The notes under the pieces are model-generated. The model did no database searches, was not told where the DNA came from, and was given only the letters and a program-made list of their open reading frames with translations. Positions 25,036 through 38,865 of a stretch of 64,000 bases of DNA are shown in pieces. The stretch's first letter is position 1; each line of letters begins with the position of its first letter. A program made the position numbers and the translations under genes. The DNA comes from Sphyrna mokarran (lineage: Eukaryota), in contig JAGIQG010000014.1 of the NCBI GenBank assembly GCA_024679065.1, positions 49,724,001 to 49,788,000 of the forward strand, given 5' to 3'.

Positions 25036-25614
25036 AATATTTCAAGTAAAGTACACACAGTGGTGATTATATGTTACTGAGCAGAAATATGAGCCAGAAT
25101 CCATATTGCATATTATTATTTCTTCATTAAATTTCTTGTGACACTGAAGGGCTAGTTAGGAATAGTTCATATTAAAACCCAATACAGCCTCCTTTTATTT
25201 TTCTCCTGTTATTGGATGAATAAATGCTTCTTTTTCCTCTGAATAAACTGTCCCCCCTAATCCTGACTTCAGCCAAGAATATTTATTGTTCATCATCAGC
25301 AAAATTGCCAGTCCATGTTCCTCCTTCTGGCCAACCATTTTAAGCTTCTTTCCTGGCATAGATCTTGCTTATTTCCCTGTGTAATAACTTTTACATAAAA
25401 TGAATCTATTAGAATATGAGCTTCCTGATCAAGGCAATTATAGCTGTCCAATCCAGGAGCCCTGCGGAGGTATAGAATGTGGAGCATCTGGCACTCAGGG
25501 TGTATGATTTGTGTGAAGAAGTAATCGTCTAAGTATTACTAGCTATTATAAATGAATGTAAGTTTAGTGAAGGACACCAGCCTCAATGGAGTTATTCCAG
25601 CCTGTAAAATTCAG

Positions 25615-25736
25615 AGGGCTGGATTTTCCAGATGTGCTCACCCCGAAACTGGAAAATCCCATCCGAGGTCAATGGACCTTTTCGTGGTTTGCCCTTTGAC
25701 CACCCCAATAGCCAGCGGAATGGGAAAATTTGCTCC
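25615..25736. mobile_element. Harbinger-type MITE
   Basis: gggctggattttcc / ggaaaatttgctc; internal ccgaggtcaatggacctt. Confidence 0.75.
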
Positions 25737-26342
25737 GCAAGGTTGTTTCCAAGGGCTGGGCCACCTAAGTTCTAACAGAAAGTATAGACCACTGACTTGA
25801 TTTGCTCTTTTCCCTTGCTGAACTTCATTGTCTGTGCATGACAGCTTGGCACTCTCTGAATTGAAAATATTTGCTGAAAGCCTATTTAAATCTATCATTT
25901 ATATTTAATATCAACTTTAAATATATACAAACTCAAATATTCTTATTTGGAGAGACACCAATTGACTCTTTCCACTGTAAAAATATAGAAGCTACAAGCT
26001 TCAATACAATCTGTTACATTTGAAGTGAGGTTCTGTTTTCTCTCAGACAAACCAAACTATTGTGCAAAAGAAATTACAAATACATTTACTAGAATGAAGC
26101 TTTTGAAATTTGCCCCTCTATTTCTTTCAATTTAGAAAACCAGCCAAGTAAAAGAATGTTGGAAAGTGATGAGATTCATTCTGGCAGGTGAGCTGACTAA
26201 ATGCCACTGACTCAACCTGAGAAGCCGCAATTTGCGCACGTTCAGACAGTAAGACCTGCCTTACTTTAGAAAAACAACAAATTCAACAGCAAATTTCTGT
26301 GAAAATTTCATTATGGCACTGATGTTTTTTAAAAAATAGTGA

Positions 26343-26646
26343 TGGCACGGTGACACAGTAGTTAGCACTGCTGCCACACAATGCCAGGGAACTGGGTTTG
26401 CTTCCTGGCTTGGGTCACTGTCTGTGTGGAGTCTGCACATTCTCCCCATGTCTGTATGGGTTTCCTCTGGATACTTCAGTTTCCTCCCACAGTGCAAAAG
26501 ATGTGCTAGTTAGATGTATTGGCCATGCTAAGTCCTCCCTCAGTATACCCGAACTGGCACTGGAGTGTGGTGTTGAGGATATTTTTACAGTGACTTAATT
26601 GCAGTGTTAATGCAAGCCTATTTGTGACACTAATAAATAAACTTTA
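26343..26646 (+). mobile_element. Full-length V-SINE, tail type A
   Basis: tRNA head tggcacggtgacacagtagttagcactgc, V-core, tail gtgacactaataaataaacttt. Confidence 0.9.
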
Positions 26647-27539
26647 TGAATGGATTAGAGGCACAAAGGTCAATTGAATGGGCAAATTTAATCATATTAT
26701 TGTTTGTCATGGAATTGTTTGATGCACTTACTTTTAATGCACTTATAGGGCATAAAATGCAAGTTTCTGGAAAAGTGGCTGACTTTCATATCGCAAAGCA
26801 CTTCAGAATTTTGACTCATTCATCTCTTTCTCTCCTTTAAATTTTTATGGCGCATTCTTGTGCTGGGTTATTCTGGATTGGTTGTTTCCAAAGCTCCTCC
26901 GTGGTCTCTCACTCGCAGTTTTCTAGTCAATTTTCATTCATATGTTCCACATCCAAACTGATTAAGGATGTCAGCAGCTAATTTTGGTATAAGCAGGTTA
27001 AGTAGGATCAGTGAGGCTGCTATCCAGAATCACTACTAAAAAAAACTGCACTTGAATTATGCACCATAAACAGAGTTAGCTTCTTCTGCAGATGATTAGA
27101 AGTCGATGGATAATCTTTCTTGCCATCTTCCATGACTTCTATCCTAAATGATGGGTGGCTTGTCTGCTTGGAGACTTTGAGGCCTGAAATTAATCATTTT
27201 AAGCAAGTAGATGTCACAGAAAAGTACATGTCCTGCAGTTCTTTCTTGTCCTGGAGCTATGTCTGAAACTCCCTTATACAAAGGCACTAGAGGAGCTGAA
27301 AGGCACCTGGAATAATGTCACATACAAGAAGGATATACCTGCACTTAATGGGCAATTCTCAGAAGAACAACTGTTATCTGTGGATATTGACATAATAATT
27401 CCAGACAGGTATTGTAAGCCCTCTGAAATTATTCCATTCGAAGTATCTATGTAAACTCCCACTCCAGATGCTATGTCAGCAGGAGGATTTCCTGGGATCT
27501 GAAATCTCTTGAGTTATCATAATTGTCAGAACATTTCAC

Positions 27540-27952
27540 ACTGCGAAGGATTGTGAAAGTAGCCCAGTCCACCAAGCAAACTAGCCTCCCATCCGTTGAG
27601 TCCATCTACATTTCCCGCTGCCTTGGAAAAGCAGTCGGCATAATCAAGGACCCCAAGAAACCCAGACATACTCCTCTCCACCTTCTTCCATTGGAGAAAA
27701 GATACAAAAGTCCAAGGTCACATACCAACTGACTCAAGAACAGCATTTTCCGTGCTACGTCAGATTTTTGAATGGACCTACCTTACGTTAAGTTGATCTT
27801 TCTCTACATCCTAGCTATGATTGTAACATTACATTCTGAACCCCCTCCTTTCTTTCTCTCCCGTCTAATCCATGAAGGGCATGCTTTGTTTGTATAGTGC
27901 ACATGAAACAATACTTTTCACCAATACATGTGAAAATAATCAAATCAAATTA
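27540..27952 (+). mobile_element. Rex1/Babar 3' fragment
   Basis: HLLPLEKRYKSPRSHTN; tail aataatcaaatcaaat. Confidence 0.85.
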
Positions 27953-28544
27953 AGTCAGGGCAAACCTCTTGCAATATCTGGCATGTCTGGTACTAGGCAT
28001 TTCCTTTTGTCCATCTCATCCCAACCATATTTGTGGATTCTTTCTCTTCTGTCTCAGATTAATGCTCCCTAATTGTATATCATTCAATTACTGAGCCATT
28101 AGACCCCAGCTTCTTGAACTGAGGGTTATTATTTTGTTGTATTGATGGCCTTGGAAGCTATAGGATGTAAAGAATTGGAATGCAGTTCAGTTCCCTCCCC
28201 TCTTTTTGTGCTCCAGAAATAATGTACTTCAAGCAGAGTTGTACCAAATGTTGTACAAGAAGAAAAGTATCTTATTAATTACGAAGTGCTGTCATACCCA
28301 AGATTAATATTGACTTCTCACTCAGCCTGCATGTATCTAATATCTTTTCTTTCCCTGTCCTGTATCTTATTCCAATGTGTAGTGCAATATTAACCAATGC
28401 TATATACTTCACTAATGCTCAGAGTTCAGGTGCACAAATAAAGCAGCCCTAAAATACATCAAATGGGTGAAATATCAAAGAGCCTTGGTGCCCAGGACAA
28501 TAGACTTGCCATTTGGAGAAGAGTTGAATTAAGAAGGGTGGAAG

Positions 28545-28862
28545 ATAGAATCTTAGAATCTTACAGTGCAGAAAGAGGCCATTCGGCCCAGTGAGCCTAC
28601 ACCAACAACAATCCCACCAGGCTCTATTCCTGTAACATAACCTATTTACCCCATCCCTCTGACACTAAGGGGCCATTTAGCATGGCCAATCAACCTAGGC
28701 CTCACACCTTTGGACTGTGGAAAAAACAGGAGCATCTGGAAGAAATCCATGTAGACACTGGGAGAATGTGCAAACTCCACACAGACAGTCATTCAAGGTC
28801 TGAATTGAACCTAAGTCCCTGGTGCTCTGAGGCAGAAGTGCCAACCACTATGCCAACATGCT
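28545..28862 (-). mobile_element. V-SINE, CR1-like tail (type B)
   Basis: tagaatcttagaatcttacagtgcagaaagaggccattcggccc tail; V-core reverse complement. Confidence 0.88.
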
Positions 28863-29709
28863 AATGTAAGGACATATTTGCAAACCTTTATACCATTGAC
28901 TGGTCCTTACACACAGCCAGGGAACTATATCTGATTTTGTGAAATGTGATGTTTGTCTATGAGATTTCAGATGATAACTTGTAAAGGTTATCCTGAAGAA
29001 TGCCCAGCGAATGCAAATGACAAATAATATGTGAATATTTAAATAAAGTTAGTCTTTAAACTAAAAGTTTGAACATTTCAATGTTGACATCCTGTGGGGA
29101 CACAGTGTATTTACTCTCAGGAAAAGGATGACAGAAAAGTTATTGTCCAGTTATTTTCAAAATGAAAGAAAATATAAAATGGATGATCAATTCTCTGGAT
29201 CATCAAAAACATGAATTGAAACTTAATAAACTAATGGCAGAATGAAAATCAAAACAGAAACTTTTCTCCCAGAGAAAAGTTAATTTATGGAATAAATTAA
29301 CATCTAGTTATGAAATATATTAAATATTTGTGTGTGTCTATCTCTTTCTCCCAGCAGGCTTTGACTGAATAATTTGACAGTACCCACTTCTGATCTGACT
29401 GATGCAGCTCTTTGAACTCCCTGATGAGACAGTGCTTGCTTAAAGTGTGTTGCATTGCTCTATCCTCAATGATCCTTGGATCCTTTTAACATTTTGGAAA
29501 GTTGCATTTTCCTATTTACAAATATAGCATTTATAATCAATTCCAGACTTGGTATATAAAAAGATATGTAACAATCTTTCACTGTGGAGTTCCACATCAA
29601 CAGTAGTAAGTGCTGATAAAATAATGATTCTTTGATCACATTGATTGTAAATCAGTTGATCAGGGGAAGCCAGCAAAGTTGCAAAACTGTTTTAGTATTA
29701 ACCATACCT

Positions 29710-30045
29710 TCATAGAATCCCTACAGTGCAGAGGAGGCCATTTGGCCCACTGCGTTTTCACCGACTCTCTGACAGAACATCTTACCCATGCCCTATCTGC
29801 ATAACTCCAACTATTTACCCCTGCTACTTCCCTCCACCTAACTTTCACATCTTGGGACACTAAGGGGCAATTGAGCATGACTAATCTACCTAACCTGCAC
29901 ATCTTTGGACTGTGGGAAATAACCACACCACCAGGAGGAAACTAACACAGATACAGTGTAAACGGCACACTGATAGCCACTCAAAACTGGAACCGAACTG
30001 GCACTGTGGGGCAGCAGTGCTAATCTCTATGCCTCCATACTGCCC
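29710..30045 (-). mobile_element. V-SINE, tail type B
   Basis: catagaatccctacagtgcagaggaggccatttggccc...gcacatctttggactgtggga. Confidence 0.85.
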
Positions 30046-30799
30046 ACTGCCATCATGTTGCGTAAAAGAACCATTCAAGATATAGTAATCTGCGTATAAA
30101 GAAGTAGGGTTGCACTGTATTAGTATCTGACTGTAAACTGTTTGATGATGGGATGGTGTTTTTTTTTGTAATAGAATGCTAACCATTTCCTGGGTTGAAT
30201 AGCGACCAAATTGTTTCACCTATGAGTCTCCTGCTTGCAATTTTACAGCAATTGTAGGTCAACAGAATGAAAACAATACCCATCAACTACAGAGACTAAG
30301 AACAGATGATAGATTTTATTATTCAACATTAATGGATATATCTGAGTTCTCAGTCGCATTCATTGTAAACATTCAGAACCTGCTTGGCCTTTGATGAATT
30401 GTTGAGGAGAATAATGTATTAAACCCAAATTAAGCTTATGGGAAGCTAATGATATTTGGATGTAGAAATAAACTTTTAATTTTAGACTACAGTGTTGGAA
30501 GAACTTAGAAATATATCTAATTATTATTCAATAATCCTGCTATATGACATTGACATTTGATTGATATTATAGATTTGGGCTGGTCACAGTGCAGGCAAAT
30601 GTTTAATATCTTTCAGAAGCTTACCAAGCAGCTGCTGATAGAGGACTGTACTCTGAAATTATACATCTGTTATAATGCTTTATATTAAATATGTATAAAA
30701 TTTCAAAATACACCATTTTATTCCAAAATTTAACACATTAGGATAATGATGGGATAAAAAGTTGTAGCAATGTGGTCTCAACATATCCCCAAACTAGAA

Positions 30800-30995
30800 T
30801 GATAGAAATCATAGAAACCCTACAGTACAGAAAAAGGCCATTCGGCCCATGGAGTCTGCATTGACTCACGAGTCCACCCAGGCCCTCCCCTATATCCCTC
30901 CACTAATCCCTCTAACCTACGCATCTCATAAGGACACTAAGGGCAATTTTAGCATGGCCAATCAACCTAACCAGCACATCTTTGGACTGTGGCAG
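30800..30995 (-). mobile_element. V-SINE 3' half, tail type B
   Basis: atcatagaaaccctacagtacagaaaaaggccattcggccc...ctttggactgtgg. Confidence 0.8.
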
Positions 30996-31327
30996 GAAAA
31001 GAAAGCACGTGGTGATGCACAGCTATCCTGTGATTGGGCTTTTAGTTCTTATTAAATTAATTGGTGCCTGCTGCAACTCTGCAGGGAGTTCACCCATGTG
31101 GATGAATATCGGATAACTTGCTTCTCAGACTGCAGTCTGAAGGGAGTGAAGGCAGTCTGAGAGGAATGAAATGGGAATGAGGAGGGGTCATCTTGCTCCT
31201 CTTTGCATCCCCAGCGCCTAGCACTGTTTAAAATGCATTATATTACCTACCATTGGCTACCACTGCCTAGGTCACAGTGAAGAATCCAGAGCAGATGATG
31301 TTCAGACAACCTTGAGCGCAGGATGTT

Positions 31328-31990
31328 CATAAGATATAGGAGCAGAATTAGGCCATTCAGCCCATTGACTCTGCTCCATCATTCAATCATGGCTAATATG
31401 CTCCTCATCTCCATAACCTTTCAACTCCTTACCCAATTAAATATCTGTCTAACTCCTTCTTAAATTTACTCACTGTTCCAGCATCCACCGTACTTTGGGG
31501 TAGCGAATTCTGCAGATTTACAACTTTTTGAGAGAAGTAGTTTCTCCTCAACCCTGTTTTAAATTTGCTATCCCTTATTGTAAGACTATGACCTTTTGTC
31601 CTAGAATGCCCTACAACAGGAAGCATCTGGTCTACATCTACTTTATCCATACCTTTTATCATCTTGTATATCTCAATTTGATCTCCCCTTATTTTTCTAA
31701 ATTCCAGAGAGAATGGACCTAACCTGTTCAATCTCTCTTCATATAACAAACCCCTCGTCTCTGGAAACGATCTAGTGAACCTCCTCTGACTTGCCTCCAA
31801 TGCCACTACATCTTTCCTTTATTAAGGGACTAAAATTGTGCAGGTGTGAGGTGCGTTCTCACCGATGCTTTATATAGTTCCTTACCTTTATATTTCATTC
31901 CTTTAGTTGTTAATGTTCCAAGATTCCAGTCACTTTCTTTATTATCTGCATGCTAGTTTTTGGTGACTCATGAACGAGGACATCCAGACC
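31328..31990 (-). mobile_element. CR1 3' fragment
   Basis: ORF 31429-31806 ALEASQRRFTR...YEERLNRLGPFSLEFRKIRGD...RRNYFSQKVVNL. Confidence 0.9.
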
Positions 31991-34795
31991 CTTGTTGGTT
32001 TTCATAACCAATGAAGTACGATTAATGTGTAGTCACATCTGGAAGGCATGTGACCAGTTAGAGCCAGTTTGTCGCCCCAGCAACTGTCCATTTTGAAAAG
32101 CACAAAAAAAAAGGCTTCATATGTTGGTACAGTTGACCAATACATATATATTCATTTGTGATACAACTGTGACAGAAGAGACTTCTTTACCCACAGAATG
32201 GTGAGGATTGGAACTTGCTACCTTAGGGAATCATGGTGACATCTTGGCAGAGCAGCACTGCAATGTTAACCTTGATATTGGCCTTCAAGTCTTTAGAGTA
32301 ATTCTTGAACCAAGAACCTAATGACTCAGAAAAATGCTGACCGAGACGCGGCTGATTCTGTAATTTACACAATCAATTATCTTTGGGTGGTTAAGTAAGT
32401 TTTTTTTTACACTTTATTTCATTTGATATTCAAGTATTTAAAAAATCTTTATTGTATTTTTGGGATAAATGAACTGAAACACCTTTCTTGAGACTTCACA
32501 AAATCCATGATGCAGAATCAATTATGTTTCATAATGTCTGACAGATATACAGATTGATAATTACTAATTTCCTCAGAGAATGGGAAAGTAAACCACATTT
32601 CATCTGCATATTGACACAGAGCAATTTAATTGTCGAATCTAAAACGTGACATTACAGATATTACCACAGTAACAACCTGTGGATCAATATGTAGAATCGA
32701 TAAAAGAGACAGAGCGAAGGATAAGATTAAGTGATGGATTAGGGAGAAGAGAATTGAAATGGTTGAATACTACAGGCAAGTGTGGGGTCAATTTTGTGTC
32801 TCAAGTGACCATCCTGCTGAACAAGTTGTCTGATTGCTTCTGCACTTTTAAGTGCAGGCATCGACAATTGTGAGTTACAATCTTACAAACGGTATGCTAG
32901 CAAACTGTAGAGAATAAAGCGGATCTCCTGACCCAGCTCGTCATATTGAGGTGCGCCAATTACCACCGCCCTCACCATTCCTGGTCCCACAAAAATAGTC
33001 TCATGTGTAACTTGGGAGGCTTTATCTCCTCTATTGCCTGTGGACTTGCAATAATGAACTGGGCTTATTGCCTTAAACAGAAAAACATCCTTGTATGTCT
33101 TGGAATATGTCCTTGTAAAATGGCACTGTCTGCATCAGCAAAGTTACTGGTACAGTAAGGTTATCAGCCTCATCTTGAAGTTGTTACCACCTCAAGCCAT
33201 GCTCAATTGCCCCTTAGTGTCAGGGAGATTAGCAGGATAAATATGTGAGGTTAGCGGAATAAGGCCTGGATGGGATTGTTGCCAGTGCAGGCTCAATGGG
33301 CTGATTGGCCTCCTACGTGTTCTATGATACAATGGCAATGATCTTACACTTGATTATCAACAGGAGGTCCCAATGTCAGGATCGATATTAATATTTCAAT
33401 GGTGGAAAATAAATAAGATTAATAGCAATCTTCAGCATTATTCAAAACCTATTTGGTGTAAATGTTGTATGTTGAAGATCAACAGGACAGAGTGACTTGA
33501 AATAGCTACTTAGATTCAGTGTTAAGAAGCTGAATTAACATTAGCAGAAGCTTGTCATAAATCAACTGATACCTCTTCCGACAGCCTTCTTTGCATATGC
33601 ACATATGCTTACCTGGCAAATTCTGCACTTCAACAATTGAAGAATATTGCTGCAAAGCAATTATTGTCTATAACTTCATTACTTTTAAGGGACTCTTTTC
33701 TAATTCTTTCCCTCTTTGACTCCTACGTGGTTAACTCCTGTCAAGAATCTGGGTCCAAAGACTTTGGCTGTCCTTCCAGCATGAAACCCAAGGGGATCGT
33801 TATTACATTAGCTTTGATAGTGTGGTCTATAAATTGGTCTTTGCCAGCAAGGGTCAATTTCTCACCCAGAATGGGTAGACCCGGGATCCACCAGATACTG
33901 AGCCTTGGCCCTATTTACATCAAACCAGCAAGCTGCGGATACCTGCTGGACATCCCCAGCCAGCATATTGATGGTGAACACTCAGGTTCCAAGCTGTTGC
34001 CTACAATCCAGAGGGATCTTTTGGGTTTGGAGTAGAAGGGAGGCAGAGGAACAACAAGAGGGCCAACAGGGGGAATGATATTCAGATGAAGGGGGTACAA
34101 CTGGGGGAGTAGGCTATCTGGGAGAGAGAACGATGGAGAGATGGTGGGAATGGGGAGGGAGAGTGACCAGAAAGTGTACTTCTGAAACTCCAAGTTCCAC
34201 ATTCAGGTGGAGTAATTTATACACACCTCAATCATGGAACTGCCCTTCTTTGAGATTGCTTGTTCTGTCTCATGCAGGTCTGTTTTTAGTGAATGGGGCA
34301 GATCCATTGCTGGCTACACTAAGGGCAAATGAGTTTCATATCAAAATGGAATCAGGCTCCTTCTTTCCATGTGCATATGTGATTACATTGCAGCTATAAA
34401 CTGTGGCAGATTTTCCCTCCTCTAAACCAAGGGTTTAAGGTAATGTTCAGGTTGCAGCACCAACATGTAAATGGCATTGTTACTCACTGCAATGACCAGT
34501 TAAGACATTAGGATAGCCAGGGCTGTGGGAGATTCAATGTACAAAATCAAACATGTATCAAAATTTAATGTGTTTTGTGTGCTGCATTGGCATGTAAGTA
34601 TTGTAAAAGTGTTTTCATCCAATTTACATGAAAGAGGCTCAATAGGAAATTTATAATTTGTGTAAAAATTAACTAGATATGTTTGACAATGTCCATTAGT
34701 AAGAGCCAGCTGGTAGCACCGCTACTGACTGAGCTGGCTAAGCCCGAAAGATCATAGCTGCCAGACTGAGCCTGATGGTGAGAGAACCTACAAAA

Positions 34796-34980
34796 AGTTC
34801 TCCTCGTGTCTGCGTGGGTTTCCTCCAGATGCTCCGGTTTCCTACAACATCTGAAAGATGTGCTGGTTAGATACATTGACCCGAACAGGTGTCAGACTGT
34901 GGCGACTTGGAGAATTTCACAGTAACTTCATTGCAGTGTAAATGTAAGCCTTATTTATGACTAATAAATAAACTTCATTA
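34796..34980 (+). mobile_element. V-SINE lacking its tRNA head, tail type A
   Basis: V-core gttctcctcgtgtctgcgtgggtttcctcc; tail cagtaacttcattgcagtg...taataaataaactt. Confidence 0.85.
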
Positions 34981-36669
34981 AAAAAAAAGGAAAAATATAC
35001 TTGACCTCACCTTCACAAACCAATGTGTTGCACATTCATCTGTCCGTGGTATTATTGCTAAGAGTAACCACTGTACAGTCACTGGGGAGATAAAGACCTG
35101 TATTAAAACTGAAGATACTTATCGCTAACAGAGGTAGAGAGGCCAACAATTGGGGCTGGCCATCAGCATTGGGGAATGGGAGGTCAGCCTGCCAGGACTG
35201 TGGGGATGGGGAGGGGGGAAAGTCCAGAACTGCCAGTGAGGGGATGCAGGATTGAGAGATCAGGACATTCGGACTGGTCTGGACATGTTTGGAGGGGTAG
35301 GGGCTCTGCAGGGCAGTGATCCAGTGATTGAGTTGGTTAGTGTTCGGGAGGCCAGCAGTGCGAGGCCAGCTTCACTCTGACGGATCAGCATATGTACAAT
35401 GGCCGCTCAGTGCTAGGCTGCTGACCTCTCCACCAGGCCCTAGCCCTAGATTTTTCATGAGATTCATGCTTGTGCACTCTGCAGTGCACAGAGTGAGAGA
35501 TGGTGAGAGAACCTACAAAAAGTTCTCCTCGTGTCTGCGTGGGTTTCCTCCAGATGCTCCGGTTTCCTACAACATCTGAAAGATGTGCTGGTTAGATACA
35601 TTTCCAAAATCCCTCTGAAAAAAAAAAGTGAGATTTACTTCAGTTCTTATACGAATTTGACACGCACTTAGAATTTTTTGGGGGGAATCTCACTCCTAAT
35701 CTTCAAACTTGTTTGTTTCCTATTTAGAATTGGTCACTTTTTAAAAAAATGGTCAAAGAATAATAGAATTACTTCAAAAGAATATGTATATATTTTGATT
35801 TTAATTTGGGATAGGATAAATACACAGCAAGGAACGTGGGTATGCTGTTGACATCCGGAGAGACTTTAGCTCCCAAGTCTCATATATACATGCAATTCCT
35901 AAAACCTAGCAGGAATCATAGCTTGATAATGAGCAGCAACAGCAATTTGGGCAGTAAGAAGTCACCATGAGAAATCTGCAAAGACTGGTTTAAAGACAAC
36001 ACAAGATTACCAAAGGTTGGGTTGCCAGAAAGAAGGAGCTAGGGGATTAGAAGGCCCAAGGTATCCTTGCATGGCATGGAGGAATATTCCTCCCAGCAGG
36101 CATGAATACGGCAAAGAAAATGTATCTCATTGGGCCCTCTTCTGAGCCTGGCTGCTGTTCCCATGCACTGGTGATGGGGCTATGAGGCCATTACTAATTA
36201 CCCTGTTTAGGCCTTAGATACCCGCTTGGATTTGGATTGGATCCTAACCTACTTAAAGAAAAGAGGCAACAGGCCTGGAATAGGCATCCTCATTATGAAG
36301 TAAAAGTGGATTGGATGGAAAAGCAGTGGATATTGGATTATTTGTATCTCTGGATAACTGTCGACAACAGTAGAACCTTTCCACTATGTGTTTTGTTTCC
36401 AGAAACACTAAACTGTTAACCCCCTTCTAACCAATCTATTTAATTTCAGGGGTTGAAAGACAAAAGTGTAAATGTACATACAAACCCAATCTTCCAGTCA
36501 CAAGTCAACCAGACACTAAGGTCCATAAATAAAACTTAAATGAATCTGAAACCAGTTGTACATTTCTGTACATACAAAATATATGCATATAAATAAATTC
36601 AACATAAAATTGTTCACAAGTGCCAATAGCTGGAGCAACAAGTGGCACCTCCAATTTACCTTCACAGTC

Positions 36670-36930
36670 ATCCATCTATTTGTCAAGCTCAAAGAGTTTG
36701 CCCAGCATGGACTGTCACAAAATGAAGGCACCATGTCTACTACCAGAATATCGCATAATCATTTTCATTACTTGCTTGTGGTGACTGAATCCAGCTGCAT
36801 AGTCATCAAAATAAATACTTTCGTACTTAAATAAGTTACTGGTTGTTTGGCAACCTGACAACAACAGGATAGGATCCATGACAACTTGCACTCTTGGGAA
36901 TGCATTAACTTGGAAATACTCCTGGAACTT
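36670..36930 (-). pseudogene. Ancient Harbinger transposase fragment
   Basis: Minus strand reads FQVNAFPRVQVVMD...RYSGSRHGAFIL*QSMLGKLF, matching the HARBI1-like FPRVQG.ID and RYPGS.HD.FIL motifs. Confidence 0.7.
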
Positions 36931-37239
36931 CTATGGTTGTTGCCCCTTTTCCTCTGAGTGACAAACATATCTGCGTATTGGTTATGGATGACCAGCTAAT
37001 TTGCTAAACATCATTTATTAAATAAGCCAGGGGCATAAATATCCAATGTGATGATGGTAAAATAGGCAGGGCTGTTGGTTGAGGTTATGCTATAGCATTC
37101 AACATAGCTCAGATTTCTTTGATTCGTCACATCCCTTCCCAGGTCATGACATATTTCTTGAAGTTGGAAAGTATAAGATTAACTGCTATACATCTGTTTC
37201 CTCTCTTCTCAAAATTCCTTCCCCATTTTCAAATCAAAC

Positions 37240-37700
37240 AACAACTTACACTTATATAACACTTTTAACACAGCAAAATGTCCTAAGGCAGTTAGAAAAA
37301 GCATCAGCAGTTAAAACATTTTGTTATTGAACTACAGAAGCAGATATTAGGACTTATAACCAAAAACTTGGTCAAAGAGATTGCTTCTGAGCAGCATATT
37401 AAAGAGAGGCAGAGAGGTGAGTGAGGTAAATAAACAAACAGGTCTAAGGCAGGAATTACAGAATTTAGGACCAAAGAAGTTGAAAATATAACAGCTAAGC
37501 GTAAAGAAATCAAAATCAGGGATGTCCTCAAGGCTGTAAGTGGAGAAACAGATATCCTGATGGCTTAGCACTGGTGAGATGAGAGGGAAGTGTGACGATG
37601 CAGAGGAGTTTGAAAACAAGGATGAGAATTTTTAAATTGAGTTGTTATTGGCTCAGAAGCCAATGTTGGTCAACAAGCATGAAGCTGAAGTTTAATGAGG
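37240..37700 (-). mobile_element. L2-type LINE 3' fragment
   Basis: aacaacttacacttatataac tail; accaaaaacttggtcaaagag is the reverse complement of 46570-46595. Confidence 0.65.
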
Positions 37701-38865
37701 CTTAATGGAATACCCAGGACAACACTGTTTCCAGCTGCAGAAGTGATCCCATGAAGTGTGCACCAAAGGAATGCTAAGCTGAAGGAAATCAGCAGACCGA
37801 AAAAATTCCAATAGTTGCAACGATCAAGGTTCAGTTGCTTATGTCAGAATGCAAGTCTCATCAATAAGGGTGACCTGGCATTAAATACCAGCATTCTTCA
37901 AACAGTTTCTAGCTTTCCCAATGTCTATTTCATTCAGGTGCTTAACTAATCAAGAACTGTGCTGCAAATCAGCATGAGGAATCTGGAGTGGGTGCAATTA
38001 ACATGATTCTTAGAGGATAATGAGGCCTGCACTCGCACAAAGGACTGCTTCAAAATCTTAAAAGGATACCTGCTCCAGGAGAATTAGGATTCCTGAGGTA
38101 AGATTCAGCTGGCCATGCATACGATTGGTAAAGAGGTTCCTACCTGAGCAGACCACTGTGAAATTGATCCTTTCTTATTTCCAAGAAAAAGTTTAATTTC
38201 TGCCCAAAAAAAGGCTGACAGTTGTGTTACCAGAAAAAATGTTAATTTTCCAGTTTGTTTTAACGACGTATTGATTTGAGCTGTTCATTCCTTACTGTGT
38301 GCTCACAGCAGCTGGCACTACTTGAGACGATTTGAGCAATGCAATATTTGCCCCATGTTGAGAGGAATGCAGACATACAAGACAAGAGACATTGAAAGGT
38401 CATTCAAGAGCTGTATGGAGTCAATTGGCAAATCTCTGAAGGTTGAAATCAGTCAGATGGTCAACAAATTGGATTTACACTCGAGAAATGACTTGCACTC
38501 AATCTCAGTTAAAGCCTCTGGAGAAACCTCATTGACTGAAAAGGATTAAATAGTGGACTGTCAGAACGAGAAGGTGAATTCATTCGATTTATGATTGAGC
38601 ATACTCAATGACATATACCATATGTGATAAAAATCCTTGTTCAAATTCCTGTGGAATGCTTACAAGATTTCAAATTGCGCCTTGGTCTGTGTCAAACTGA
38701 TAGTAAAACAAATTAAAGGGAGTGAAAAGTACTCACACTTCTTTCATGTTAGTTTTAGCCATAGAGACATGGGGCCTTTCAGACCATCTTGTTTATGTGG
38801 ACACCAAGCAGCTATCTGTTGTAATTCCATTTCCCAGCACTTGATCTGTAGCCTTGTTACACCCG

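Noticed and set aside
26343-26420. tRNA genes
   Set aside because: A/B-box-like motifs here and elsewhere are SINE heads running into V or Deu cores; no complete cloverleaf seen.
34700-34765. Hammerhead-like string gcta-ctgactga-gctggctaagccc-gaaa-gatca-tagc
   Set aside because: The core has an extra base (CUGACUGA), stem II is bulged and no UH cleavage site is in register with stem I. Only a covariance-model search could rescue it.
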